A DNA stretch of 64,000 nucleotides from Ginglymostoma cirratum (lineage: Eukaryota), in the NCBI GenBank assembly GCA_024137785.1, contig JAHRHZ010000082.1, positions 5,639,994 to 5,703,993 of the forward strand, given 5' to 3'. Position numbers and translations under genes: made by a program. Each line of letters begins with the position of its first letter. Within the stretch, counting starts at the first letter, position 1. This document shows, piece by piece, positions 25,401 through 38,572 of the stretch. The notes under the pieces are model-generated. The model worked only from the letters and a program-made list of their open reading frames with translations, did not search any database and had not been told where the DNA came from.

Positions 25401-25809
25401 ACATAGTCCACGGGCTACTGAGCATGTCAGACCCCAGTCAGTCGAATTTATGTGCAAAGTATTCTCAATTTGTTTTCAAAATATTAAATGAGAAGACAAT
25501 TACGTTATCAAGGCTTTTTGAGTTCCTAGGGGACTAAACTTAATTTGGAGTTTATTGTTTAAAAAAAATCTTTTGATAACACTTCCTTTGAAGTCAACCT
25601 ATGTACTATTGATTTTTTAAAAAAATTCTATATGGAGTGGCCCGCTAAGTATTCCGTACTGCTCCTATATTTTGGCACTGCTTTGAATGGATTATGCATT
25701 GTGCTATTACTTGCATATTTGTCTAATTTTTAGCAGTGATTTCACTGTACCATCAATGTCGGGTACCGATAGGTGTCATGACACTGTTAAAGCGACAACA
25801 TGGCAAAAA

Positions 25810-25930
25810 CGAGAACAACGCATGAAGGTCTGAAACAAAAACAGAAAGTGCTGGAGAAACTGGCAGCATCTGTGGAGAGAAAAACAGAGTTAACTGTTTC
25901 GAGTCTAGTGATCCTTCGTTAGAACTGAAG
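25810..25930 (-). mobile_element. Penelope-like terminal repeat remnant
   Basis: tctgaaacaaaaacagaaagtgctggagaaac...cagagttaac.gtttcgagtc with a degenerate hammerhead. Confidence 0.6.
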
Positions 25931-26711
25931 ATATGACTTATTTACCTAGGATTGCTTAACAAGTTAACTACAGAGCTACTGTTTGTATCTAGCCAGGTTT
26001 CCTAAATCCCTTGTAACATTGTAAAGTGACTGTGATAGTAAATTACAAATCCTCTGTAATTAATTTTTGATTAAAGGTGTCATGGTGTGCAATTTAACAA
26101 ACTGTACTCTTGTATGAGATATTTTAACCCCTCTGTTACAAAATGATTGACCATCATCCTAGCACAGACAAGGCTTTAATGATTCAAATCTCCTCTTTGC
26201 AATAGAAATTGACACACTAAAACAATTTAATTCCTAATGGATTTTGTTGGGATCTGACTATTGATTGTAAAATGCAGAATTTTATTCCCCAGAGAACAAA
26301 ATAATGGGTTCAGACCATAAAGAGAATTTGGAAAAATATAGATGCTGCGGGTAGGTTTAACAATCTACTGTTAGGAGATGAGTTCTTACAACTCTTTCAG
26401 AAAGAGAATATAAATTAGCTTGAGCATCACATCAAAAAAGGATATTGCAGTGTTATGTTTCCTTTGAACCAACTAAACAAAACCCAAATGGTTTAAATGG
26501 CTCAAGGGAGTCATAAAATAGTGAAATTTAATCATGATATAGATGTCAATTCAAATGATCCTGCTGGAAACATCTGTTACCTTTGATAGCATCAGCACTC
26601 CAAACAGGTTTCTGTTAATGAGCATCTGAATATGTTGTAGGATCCTTGATATCATATCATGGTCTCATTAATTTCAGTTATTTTGTGCACTATGGAACAT
26701 ATCAATACCAC

Positions 26712-27638
26712 CTTCCATAATAACAGGGTCAACACTCCCAAGTTGGCATTGGTTGAGACCACCTCATTGGACCACCACTCCATCCCCCATTCTACTTCTC
26801 AAATAAGGACATCTAGAAAATTAAGGCAATTAAGCAAAATAATCTTCTTGATGATTATCGCAATAAATAGCTACAACGTAAGTTGAAGATAAAACAAAAT
26901 TGATTGGATTTTAGGCAAGCAGTCTTTCTATATTAAAGGCTTAGTGTCAATAGTGAGCAATTAACATTAGTTCCAAGAGAAATGCATAAATTAAACAAGA
27001 AGTGACATTAGAGTATGTCTCTCAGAGTGCAACGGGAGTCATTACAGAGAGGTTTCTTTTCTTTATAGCCGTATTTGGAAATGCATTTTACATAGTTACC
27101 CTGTTTACAAAAGCAATTGTCTACAATAGCTTTTACTTTGACAATTGTAGTTTACTGATATTTCAAAATTATTACTTGTAAAGAGAAAACTTAAGTGGAA
27201 CAACTTTCAAGAGTAAACTGCACGGCTTCTGTTTGTATTTGATATGGCAAATTATAATTGCATGGTTTCTAGAAAGCAATACACATTTTTGTAGGATGAG
27301 TTAAAGAATTATGGTATACTCTAACAGAAAAAGCAATAGTTGGTCTTTTAAAGTTTTGTTTGTGACTTCAATAGTAAGCTGAGCTAGCATATTTTTCTTT
27401 TCTATGATTTTGGGACCAAAAATAAAAATTAAGAAGTAATGTCTCCTTTCTTGGTCACCTCTAAAGTTTGAATGGGGAAGTAAACTCAACAGAAAAGTTC
27501 AACAGAAGTGAGATAAGAAACATTGACATAAAGGAGAGAAATCTCCCAAATATCACCTGAAGTATCTTTCATTCATCTCCTGGACTGTAATTACAAAACG
27601 GCATTGTGACAGATTTGAGAATAGGCGAGCTGTGTCCT
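26712..27638 (-). pseudogene. Laminin-like pseudogene: LamB domain 3 exons (27638-27557, 27484-~27310, 27100-~26965, 26812-26712)
   Basis: DTARLFSNLSQCRFVITVQEMNERYF|SLLPHSNFRGDQERRHYFLIFIF...LTIE (in-phase splice); HFQIRL* / MTPVAL*ETYSNVTSCLIYA; DVLI*EVE parallels DAVIIAEVQ of module 1. Confidence 0.65.
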
Positions 27639-27829
27639 CTTAAAAAGGGAATCTCACTTTGTGTAGGGGAACTATAAAAGAGAAGAAATATAAATGAGGT
27701 ATTATTCTCACTGTAGTTTGCTGTTGAAAGCAAAGTTATTCACCTATGTTTAATTGCTTAGGTAGGTTAAGTTTTGAACATTAAGCCATAAAATTGACCA
27801 GCTCAGAAAAAGGTTATTCTCTGATGATT

Positions 27830-29340
27830 CTTTGAATGAACGATTCAGTTGGTCACTCTGCCAAGTTCTTTCATTATAAACTTTTTTTTGCACGAAACAT
27901 TTTCTCCTTAGTTACTCTGTGAAAATGCTTATAATTTTGAACACCTCTAATTTTCTCCATTAATTTTCACCTTGATCTTCGAAAAGAAAACAATCCTAGC
28001 CACTCCAATGTTTCCACATAACTCAAGTTCTTCACCCCAGTAACACTTTGCAGCCGTTTTGTTCATTCAAGTACATGCTGCATAGAGTTGGGTATGATAC
28101 TCTAGCTGAGACTTAACTAATGATGTATAAATGCTTAGAACTATTTTCTTGCTTTTGTATTCTTTGCCTCTATTTATAAAATCAAGGATCCTTTATTCTT
28201 TTATTAAAATCTCCAGCAACTTGCATTGATACTTTCAAGGAACCCAAGGTCTTTCTTTTCCTGCACCCCTTTAAAATCGCGCAATTTTACGTACATCACC
28301 CCACTTTTGTCGTTTATCAAGATATCATATCTTTCCTCTTTGCGCTAGGCTTCATCTGCCATATGCTTATACTTTACATTAGTCTACATCTTCCTGCAGC
28401 TTGCTACTATCCTCTTCACCACTTCACACAGTTCAGATGTTTATATCGTTTGCAAACTTTGAAATTGTGCCTCTGTAGCCAAGTCCAGGCCATGAATATA
28501 TATTAAAAGGACAGTGGGCCTAAAACTGGACCAAGTCACTGAGTACTTCCTTCCATTCTCCAGGTTCACCACTGGCCTCTGTTTTCCAGTTCTAGGCCAA
28601 TTTTGCATCCATCCTGCCACCATCCCTTTAATCCCATTGGTTTCAATGTTATTCTATTTTCAAGTGTATTGTGAGTTATTTTAGTTTTAAAATGTCTGTG
28701 AATACATCAACTGTGCTACCGTCATTAACACTCATCTTTGCTTCATCAATAAACTGAGAAAAAATGATCAAATATGATTTGCCTCTGGAGTTCACCCTGA
28801 TTATAATTTATTAACAATTCTTTTCAATTAGAATTAACTTTGTCCCGGATTAAGATGTTAAGAGGTTTTCCCACCATCAATAGGAGGACTAACCCTACAA
28901 CCCTTTCTATTTTTGAATTGGTGCAGCATTTACAACTCTCCAATCCTCTGGCATCACTTCCCAAGGAAAATTGAAAGATTGTGGCCATTCTGACATTTTC
29001 ATCCCTCAGCAAACCATGCATCACTTTGCTACTTTGACTGCTCTCAAACTTCGAAGCAGCTATGTTTTATTTATTTCTATTTTATCCAATTTCTCTCCTC
29101 ACTGATGTTTTATTATACCTTCATTTATGAAGATACTTGCAAAGTACTTCCAATACCAGGCACACCCTCTGCCTCCATAAGAAGATGTCTTTTTCTCAGT
29201 TTCTAAACTGCTGCACCCTTCCCTTCAATGTTATTAGTGTATCCTCTATGTTACCTGCTATCCTTTCCAGGTTCATGCCCTGTACCTGCCTACTTCCTTC
29301 CTCACCAATGTAGTTTTTATATTCCACTTCATTCTCTACT
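27830..29340 (-). mobile_element. CR1 LINE ORF2 (RT) remnant
   Basis: ORF 28441-28623 WMQNWPRTGKQRPVVN...LLIYIHGLDL is a decayed CR1 RT segment (WIxNWL..RKQRVVVN..LFLIYINDLD). Confidence 0.8.
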
Positions 29341-29542
29341 AAGCACAAATATTCCTTTAAAAATAAAAGTAACTTTCAACAGCAAACCCAGTGAATGAAA
29401 TATTTTAACTTTACAAGGATCACATTTTTTATTTTCTCATACCTTAAAAGATGTTTGGGAAGACAATTAAAAATATCTAGTTCTCTGAACTGATCACGAT
29501 TAAACAATAAATGTTCATTTTTTGATTTTATTTGCTACTTGC

Positions 29543-29756
29543 CTTTACAAATTGCCTTTTATTAATTTAGTTCTTTTCTTTGTGCAATTTTATGTGCTTC
29601 CCTGCTTCTTTCCATGTAAGGATGCAGAAACATTGCAAACAAGCTAATATCAGAACTTCTTCTATGTGGTAATTCTTTCTGTCACAATTTTTCTCCTCAT
29701 CCACTTTTGCATCACATATTCCTTAAGTTTTCCTGGAATCTACATTGTGAGCAATT
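29543..29756 (-). pseudogene. Laminin-like pseudogene: LE exon of module 3
   Basis: Acceptor ttttaatctttaacag|, GC donor AAG|gcaagt; frameshifted GIC/CKSG*GEK/NCDRKNYH...ACLQCFC. Confidence 0.6.
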
Positions 29757-30212
29757 CTGTTAAAGATTAAAAAAAACTGTTTGCAATGACAAATGGCAAT
29801 TAAATGTTACACATTTAATAGGTTGCTTCATTGTGCATTCCTGGAGTATTGTTATAAAAGGGATTACAATATATTTAAATAATAAATCAGTATAGCATTT
29901 CTGGAGCAGATTTGTAAAGTTATGGTGAAATATATCCGTAAGAAAAATGAAAAGTGACATTCTGGAGAAATTGAATGTTATGATCATGTTTGGATGAGAT
30001 TAATATTTAAAAACACAGAAAGTAAAACAGAATGAAAATACAAGAATGAGATTCAAATCGTGCCCACCAGTTTGTCAGCCTGTTCCAAGATTCACAATTT
30101 TTTATGATCTTCAGTAAACATTAGATAAAATTGCACTTTCTGTACATGTTGTTGGCGTTCTTGTGATGCCGAAATATTGCAATTTGTCAATGCTGGTGTT
30201 TTCAAAGAGCTT

Positions 30213-30568
30213 TTTGTTTTCTTTGTTCATTGGATGAGGGCATCACTGCATTCATTGCCCAATCCTAATTGCCCAGAGGGCAGTTTAGAATCAACCACAT
30301 TGCTGTGGGTCTAGAGTCACATGCAGGCCAGACCAGGTAAGGATGGCAGTTTCCTTCCCTAAAGGACATTGGTGAACTAAATGGGTTTTCCGACAATCAA
30401 CAGTGGATTTATGGTCATCATTAGATTGTTAATTCCAGATATTTTTTCAATTGAATTCAAATTCCACCATCTGCCATGGCAGGATTCGAACTTGGGTCCT
30501 CAGAATGTTATCTGGGTCTCTGGATTAACAGTCCAGAGATAATACCACGAGGCCATTGCCTTCCCCCC
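30213..30568 (-). mobile_element. tRNA-derived SINE, ~350 bp
   Basis: Head TGGCCTCGTGG (A box) and GTTCGAATCC (B box); closely similar full-length copy at 48265-48625. Confidence 0.9.
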
Positions 30569-32049
30569 CCATAAAGTTTAAATTAATGCATGAACTACTT
30601 GGAAATGAAGTTTAAGTGTATATTTACGATGAAAATCAGATATTTGTCAGACACTTTGCTAAGCCGCATGAATATGATTCAAAAACAAATACGTGAAATT
30701 CCTTGTCTTGCTGCAAAGACAGATTTACTGCAACAAAAATGAACATCACATACAGAATGCCCAAAAAAGTAGCTGAAACCTGGATCTCATTGCAAGATCT
30801 TAAGAATCCCTCTGCTTCTCAGCCAGAGTCATGAACGGATTGCTCAGAAATATCAAATTGTAGCAAATTCTTGAGAGAGGAGGTTAGGTGATTGCCATCC
30901 ATAAAGTTATGATTACACTCAAAAAGAGCTCCTTCTGAAATACTGCCCAAGAAGTATTATTGGATTTTCATAAAATGCCACTATGGAAATCTAAACAATG
31001 TGTTTAGACATAGAGCTAGGTAACATCAGCAGATATTAACCACAGCATATTGTTATAATTTTGCCAAACAATTGAGACTAAAGTATTTTTACAATGAAAT
31101 ATTTGTTTACAGGAAATACTAATTAAGTCTAATTACAGTTTAAGATAAATTGATTTAAGTTTGATAGATCTCTACTCATTTTTCTCATAGGGAGACTGGG
31201 AAGTTTACTGTGAGGAAGAATTAAACAGTCATTCTTCATCTTCCAGGCCTGCCTGACTGCTAGTGGTTGTAACATTTAAGTCAGCATCAAAGAGGTTCAC
31301 AAAGATATCCCTCAGGCTATGCTTGACTCAAAACGTCAGATCTTTAGTGATGTAGCAAATTACATCCCAAATACTGTAAGCTATGATTGTTAGTTTAATG
31401 ACTTAAACTGTAGAAAATGCGGAAAAAAGGATTATTTCCTGGTTGCCATGTGACATGGGTTGTCATGGTGTACTCGGTGTGATGTGGTTTCATAGGAACA
31501 GGATGAAAATTGCAACTCCCATGATGCAGCTCTTTTACAGACAGTGAATATATTAGTGGAAACTACGACTGAAAACATTGTTCTCAAGCAAAGCTACAGT
31601 CTATTGGTTGGGTGTTAGGGTGGAATAATCATTTACTCTTAACACCTGAAGGAACTACATACCATAGAATAAATACAAATTACAATGATCACAAAATGAC
31701 CTGCCAGTTTATCTGTCAAATAGCCAAACAGTGTTCACAAACTCTTTGTATCATACAGAATATTATCTGAAGAACAGAATTTTGAAGCTCTTGCCAAAAC
31801 TTAACATGTTCAGAAATATATATAAATCACATACAACACAAATAGCTTGCACTTTTATAGTGCCTTTAGCATACTTAAATATCCCAAGATGCTTCCTAAA
31901 GAATGTGGAGAAGACAATTTTAAATTTAACGTCTAGGGGAGTCAATGTTTTCGTATGTGGAGGAACAGCTTCTGGAGAGACGCTTCCAGTCAGGTTCTTT
32001 TGTTTTGTTTTGAAGTGAAGTAAATTAAAAACATAATGAAGTACAGGAG

Positions 32050-32600
32050 CTTTTCACAGCTGAACATGAATTGGGGTATATTTTGTCAAGTTTTAACCAT
32101 GGATTTAGAAAGTGCATTACCAGACTTAATGAAGGTCAACACAGCCTGTCTAGTGTAAGATACAACATTACATTTATTCATCTGATCTGGATAAGATATC
32201 AAATTTATTGATTTGATCTGCAGTCTTCAGCAATCTAAGCAGTGGCCAATGACTGAACCTTTAGAAGTAACAAAGATAGTCAGCAGAAAAAAGTGTGAGC
32301 TCCTGTTTCTGAATTGATGTAAATTTGGTTTCAGACATAATTTAATTAAATAGAACAGGGCTCTGTGTGTACATTAGGCATGGGCAGTAGACAGGGATAT
32401 ATGCTGTCTCCACTGCTATTTGTAATATTCTTTCTGATAGTCTCTAGAGAAGACCATTAGTATAAATGAAAGCATTCAAGGCCTGTGGTTAAAGGGGAAG
32501 AAAGAAAATGTTTATATACTGTTGAAATGCTTTTACTGCTGAGTCAGGTGATCAATCCCCATGTCCTTTAATACGAATATGCCAAGCTACGAAGTTATGT
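32050..32600 (+). mobile_element. L1/Tx1-like LINE RT remnant
   Basis: ~32382-32420 translates GSRQGYMLSPLLF, the L1-clade GTRQGCPLSPLLF motif. Confidence 0.6.
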
Positions 32601-33062
32601 GGTAAACCTCAGCAATCAGAGACACTCTCAAAAGTGTGTTGCTAAAAGTATTAGGTGGAACAGCATATGCTCTCATGGAAAGCAGATTGATTGTAACATT
32701 TGTTGTCTTGTGTGATATTATTGTGGATTAAATTTGTGGCGGTTATTAACATCATCTAAAGAAAATTTCAGACAATAACATCCAATCTCAGATCAGTATA
32801 GCAAGCAATACTAAGAATAAAAACCGACTGCGCAAATAAATTATATTTTGTTTCCCATTTTGTGTGCGATAAGTAAGTAACTATAAAACAGGGTTATATA
32901 TTAGCAGCGTGCAACATGAGAGAATGATCAAGTTTGAAAAATGTTTGCCTTTATGTAAATAGGAGAAAAATGAATAAGCAGATCTCCAAAGTTCATTGCT
33001 CTGCTTCATTACTTAACATTGCAGATAGAGTAATTACTTAATATTGTAGACAGACCTATTAC

Positions 33063-35194
33063 CTAATACAGTAAATTGAATTTCCATTACACTGGCATTG
33101 GTTTCCAATGAAATTTAAGGACTCAAAGTCACCCTGAGGTGAAGGATCACTCCAAGCTTCTGAAATGTGAGGTGAGATTAACCCATCATTAGAGCTTTCA
33201 AATTGTAATGTATTGGAAATTAGATTGAATTTCCAAATATCCTTGGGTATGTGTTCTGAACAATTTTTCAAATATAGTAAAATTCTGACAAGGAAAATGA
33301 ACAAACCCACCCTTTATTTATTTTGTAAAATTTGGTTTTAAAAATGAATGAACTATATAATGGGTATCTATCAACATGTTAACCAGGGTATAACTATTTG
33401 ATTGGGGGATGGTGGTGTGGGAGCAATAGTGGAACAGAAGCATGAAACAATAAAATAGTTTGGGTATAGAGCAAGTCTGATCATTTAAAGGTGAAGTTTA
33501 TATGGAATGAAAAATATGCTTCACCATCATGTACATTCTTGCACACTGTTACTGATGCTGAAAAAAAAACAGAAATTTCAGTAGATTTAGAGATGATTAA
33601 TCAGTTACAAATCTCCAGAACCTGTTAATAAATTTACACTATTCTGTACAAGTGATATGTTGTCATCTTGCTATTCTTTAAAAATGTTCAGTATTTCTGC
33701 ACTTTTTACGTGTTAATTCCACTGCAGACAGTCTTCATATCTTTTCTTTTTGCCTTTTTTCTCTTATTCTTGAATCCAACCCTTCTTTTACTCTAATTAC
33801 TTCTTTTTCTGCATTCGATTTGACTCTTCAGCTGCCTTCTCCATTTTTTCTCTGTATCTTTCTCAGTTATCAAATTTCATTAGACTGCTGCTCCCAGATG
33901 CGATACACTGTCATCAGTTCCAATACATTGTAGCACAAGATCTTTTTCTTGAGCCACTGTAGAGCATAGAAAAATATCTAACTAATGGTGCACACCATGA
34001 GATGTCCTACTCCAGCAGCATCTGGCTGTGTTATGTGTATTATATGTGTGATTTGAAAATCCCAGCTTTTTTCATGAATAGCTCTAAAATCTAGACCAGC
34101 TCCACCTCACTTTGATCACAGTAAAAGCAGGATCAAACAGCACACTAAATTCCTTCAAATCAAAATTTTACAATGGGGAATTCAAAGCCCATTCAAGGAG
34201 ATAAATCTTTTCATTTCAGTCTGAAACACTAAAATTCAGAGCTTCATTCTTCCCTTCCCTACACCAGAGGTACATAAGTAAAGTAATATCCTTTGCCAAA
34301 TACATAAGCCCAATGGAGATGATAAAAGATTGACAAGTACAAATGATCTGTAATTTAATTTTCCGTAAACTTGAGACACTGATTTCCAGCTTACGTATTC
34401 ACTGCCTCTTACATTCTATAGCAAAAACTGATTTTGAGCATTTCACCCCCAAATATTCTACTCCAAGTGTGATGGCAATCGGAGTTCATCAGATATATAG
34501 TTGTCAACTGTAGCGTCTTGATCATGCCTTAACTGTAAGTTTAGATCAAATCTACGAACATGCGGGACAGTGTATGGAATATAAAACACTGCATTAAATA
34601 TCTCCAGACCCTATTGCAATGCATGTCAGGTTTTCCCATTGCATAAAGCATTTAATAAGAATGTCAAATATGTGAATTATGACATGAAGCTGGAAATTTT
34701 ATAGTGGCATTGGTAATCTAGTACTAAGCACCACACACAGCCTATATATTCATTGATTTATAAATCTCAAAGGTGCAGTAAAAGTCTTCCTTTTGCCAAA
34801 TTGTTTGAATTCTTATGTTTTGACAATGTCTTTCTCTTCAAAATTATGGAATCTAGTAGACCATAAATCTCAGTTTTAATCTGTTGTTTCTACAACTAGG
34901 ACATTACAACTAAAAATTTTAAAAAAGACTGCTACGCTGGCCAGTTTATAATAAGATCAATTGAAACCTGAAGTGGTCCAGGTTTCACAAGGACCCATAT
35001 TTTACTTAGTTCCGATCATTTAGGGTATGGGTGGCCAGCCTCATTAAAATATTTGTATTGTGCATGTCTGGATGAATATGTTGTCACTGCATACATACAG
35101 CACCAAGTTTCTGTCACAATCTTCTTCTCTGTGGCAATGATGAGTAAACAAGTAGCTACTATCTTACATTGGAACCCGAGCAATAAGTATTAAC
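33063..35194 (-). pseudogene. Laminin-like pseudogene: LamB domain 2 exons (35194-35095, 34610-34395, 33284-33063)
   Basis: G*YLLLGFQ..SY...NLVLY | GLEIFNAVFYIPY...LQLRHDQ | TIFEKLF...(frameshift) SSNDGLISPHISEA...GNQCQCNGNSIYCI; canonical acceptors and donors (gtatgc, gtaagc, gtaata). Confidence 0.55.
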
Positions 35195-35793
35195 CTAGAA
35201 ATAACAACTTATACTTTGGTGTGCAACTATCTAGCACATTCAGTCATCAGTCAGTTGTCCACTATTTTAATTGAAGTGTTAACCCATGTTTTTTTAAAAA
35301 TAATTATTGCCCTGGTAAAATTGCAAGCAAGGAAAACAACAGCAAAGTGATAATGGAAATAGTAATTTCTTAGCTTTCATCATTATTAATACAATTAAAA
35401 TGTACCTGATGATATAAAATGGTAGCAACACCTGGACCTTTTAGTGTGAAAATGTGGTTATTGGCAAAGTATTAATATGCAGCTGTATTTAGATTGTTTT
35501 TTGATTGAAAGCAATTAAAGGGTTATTGCTCAAAATTAGTAAGCTTTAAAATGATTACACTTTACATTTTCCTCTCCCATTATTTCTGTTACTGAGCTAA
35601 AGGTGACCATTTATATGGATATTTCATTAAATGGTTGTCATCAGTCTTCTACTGTCAATAAAGAGACCATTGTTCCAATGTGAGCCTGCACAATAAATAT
35701 CAATGGCATCTCCCACATTCAGCTCACGACAGGTATGTGTAATCATATTCTCACTGAGCGCACCATGCAAACACAGACAGAACATATCTTGAA

Positions 35794-36820
35794 GTCCCCC
35801 AAGGTGGATTCTGTGATACACAACAATGCAGAATCGCCAAGCGGAAACTGATAGCCAAGTTCCGTACCCATAAAGATGGCCTCAACCGTGATCTTGGATT
35901 TATGTTGCGCTACAGGTGACCTCACCACACTGTTCTGTATCTGTAAAATCTTCCTTACTTTCCTGTTTTGACAGCATCACTTTGATAAATTGTTATGATC
36001 TCTCTACCACAATTAGTTGTTACAGTTTTGGATTACTTATTACGCTCTCTCACACAGACTCTTGCACATGTTCCTTCACACACATACACACACCCTCACA
36101 CACAAACACATTCACACACACAAACTCACACAGACCCTGTCTCACTCACACACTCACACTCACACACACTCTCTCACACACATACTCTCTCACACACATA
36201 TACTCTCACACTCACACACACTCTTTCTCTAGCACACACACTCATAAACACACAAACACACACTCTCTCACACACAGACACTTGCACGCTCTCTCTCTCA
36301 CACACACACTCACACGCAAACGCACATTCATAAATCTATGGGGTGAATCATTTCATCCAAGATGTTTGTTTACTTGCAGATACATTCTATTTTGTTCAAA
36401 AAACACACAATTCGTAGTCACAGTTAGTCAGTGTATCATCTTATAAATTCCTGCTTTTGGAATAAAACTAGCCTGAATCCAAGCTAAAACCCTGAGACAG
36501 ATTCTGAACAAGGCCTCACATCTACAATTCAGTGTCTGCCCTGAGATGTCACCTTTTGTATATTTCTAATGTCCTGCCTGATTGTCATGACAGCACAGCA
36601 GTGACATTGACTTTATAAAAACTTTACTCACCATCTAACACCGCTCTCACACCAGTTGTATGATCTTTTGATCTCTCTGCACTTGATCCCTCTGCCTATA
36701 ACTCTGTGCCTATGTGCCCTGCTCTCTCACTGCACTTGATGAAGGGGCTGTGCTCCCAAAGCTTGTGTGATTTCAAATAAACCTGCTGGACTAAAACCTG
36801 GTGTCGTGTGACTTCTGACT
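35794..36820 (+). mobile_element. 5'-truncated Penelope-like element with internal microsatellite
   Basis: QGGFCDTQQCRIAKRKLIAKFRTHKDGLNRDLGFMLRYR* (GIY-YIG C-terminus, ends 35919); degenerate hammerhead at 36733-36767 followed by AATAAA. Confidence 0.8.
36045..36330. repeat. Compound (CA)n/(CT)n microsatellite
   Basis: Degenerate cacaca/ctctct tract; source of the His/Thr/Leu-rich spurious ORFs. Confidence 0.95.
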
Positions 36821-37719
36821 TATTGCAGTGGAAAATGGACCCTTGGGAAAATCTTTTCCTCTTGCTGAATGGAGAAACCTGAAGTCCCTGATGCACATTT
36901 CCCACCACCTGAAACAATTTTGGCAAATGAATGTAAAAAAAAAACTGTCTGTTATCTGTATAATACATGGTGCAATTTCATTTCCGAATGACGTTTGGCC
37001 AGACCTGTTCAATGATAACCTAATGGCGCCTGTAATTATTTAAATGTTTTTTATATTTTCTGGTAAATATTGCAGAAATTCTTACATGCATTATTTATTT
37101 GGGTGCATACTCTGTAATTTTTGGGGACGATTTTGGGGTCAGTGTTTTACTTCAGGTTTCTAAACATGCCAAAGCTTCAGAAAAGTTCACAAGGGACACC
37201 AAAAGCAAGTGCAAATGATGCCTGAGCATTCTGTCTGCGCTTGATATTTAACTAAGGCTCATGTATGGAAGGCTCTTCATATTGCTTGGACATATCAGAG
37301 GAGATCAGCGTTCAGCAGTCCCTCTACATGAGATGAATTGTCACACATTGCGCCATCTGCTGCAGAGTGACACACAACAAGGAAGGCATTTCATTTAGCA
37401 GTAAAGGTTAACATGACATGAATATTTTATGCTGTTGGACACTTCCAAGCCACCCAGGGGCATGTGCTGCATCAAATAACCTGCAGAGTGCACCTGTATC
37501 AAGCATGCAACACAGTGCTTGCAAAGGTCATCACCTTCACCACTTTGTCTTTTGGGAAGAGTACCTGCTGAATAAGTGGCAGCTTTCTCCAGATGGCAAG
37601 CTATCCTGGAATAGAAAGCATTCTAAGCATATGAGCATCAGACTCTTTATATCAAACCCATGGCCTTTGTAAATAGAAAGTGTTCACACTCACGTAATGT
37701 TCAGGTACTAACTAATTGT

Positions 37720-38225
37720 AGATAGATAATTGCATGTATCAGGGACTATCATTATCTAAGGAAAGATATTAAAAAATGGATTGCAGGGAATATGGGATTG
37801 TGCGATGAGGTGAAATTCAGTACACTAGGTCTGAATTTCCTGGAATTTAGAAAAATGAGCAGGGATCTTATTGAAAGATACAAAATACTTAAAGGACTTT
37901 ATATGATAGATGCTCGGTAGATGCTTTTCTTAGCTGGAGTTTCCAGAATTAAAACCACAGTCTCAAAATAATGAATCAGTCATTGAGGACAAAGTTGAAA
38001 AATTTATTCATCATTATTGTGAATCTTTGAAATTCTTTACCTCAGAATGCCTACAGATAATTGATGGTTGAGGAGATTCAAGTCAGAGATCAATAAATCT
38101 TTGCATATATGCAGGGTGAAAGGATCTGGAGGAAATGCAGAAAGTTGCAGTTGAGATAGATTCTATTGAATAACAGAAAAGGTCAGAAGAGCCAAGTGAT
38201 TTACGTTTTGTTTTATTTCTGGTGT
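37720..38225 (+). mobile_element. CR1 LINE 3' fragment
   Basis: ...ctggaatttagaaaaatgagcagggatcttattgaaagatacaaaatactt (LEFRKMSRDLIERYKIL) followed by CR1 3'UTR. Confidence 0.8.
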
Positions 38226-38460
38226 TCTTTTGAAAAGACAGACCAACTGCATGATGCCCAACTTTCTTTCCCACTGAAGCTATTGGAGTGTTGTACAATA
38301 TGGGTTGACATTTGTTCTAAAAACATTTCATGCTGCTGAAGACCAATTGTAATTTAATAACTTAACATGGAGTCTGTCAAAGTATAGATTAAATCATGTC
38401 CTGTTCACAAAAGTGTTACAAGAAGTATCCTCTTGTGTACTATAATAAAACAGAAATTAC

Positions 38461-38572
38461 TTTCATTCTAGCTATTGATGGGGAGTTATGGGTTACAAGG
38501 GGCTAGCACATTGTTTTGATCTTTGGAATGTCATCTTGGCACATCCACCTTGTCCTGCCTTCAGCAGTTAGA
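38461..38572 (-). pseudogene. Laminin-like pseudogene: LE exon
   Basis: Acceptor tttactttcttgcag|, donor |gtaatt; frameshifted SNC*..AEGR..MCQD...MC*P-CNP. Confidence 0.45.

Larger units (their letters stand above)
35640..36908 (-). pseudogene. Laminin-like pseudogene: LE exon of module 2, split by a Penelope insertion
   Basis: 36908-36821 reads GGKCASGTSGFS... after acceptor ttgtttcag|; it resumes below 35794 with FKICSVCVCMVRS. Confidence 0.45.

Noticed and set aside
30470-30560. tRNA-like A and B boxes
   Set aside because: Head of a SINE with a second copy at 48265-48625; does not form a full cloverleaf.
35916-36446. His/Thr/Leu-rich ORFs up to 176 aa
   Set aside because: Translation of a (CA)/(CT) microsatellite.
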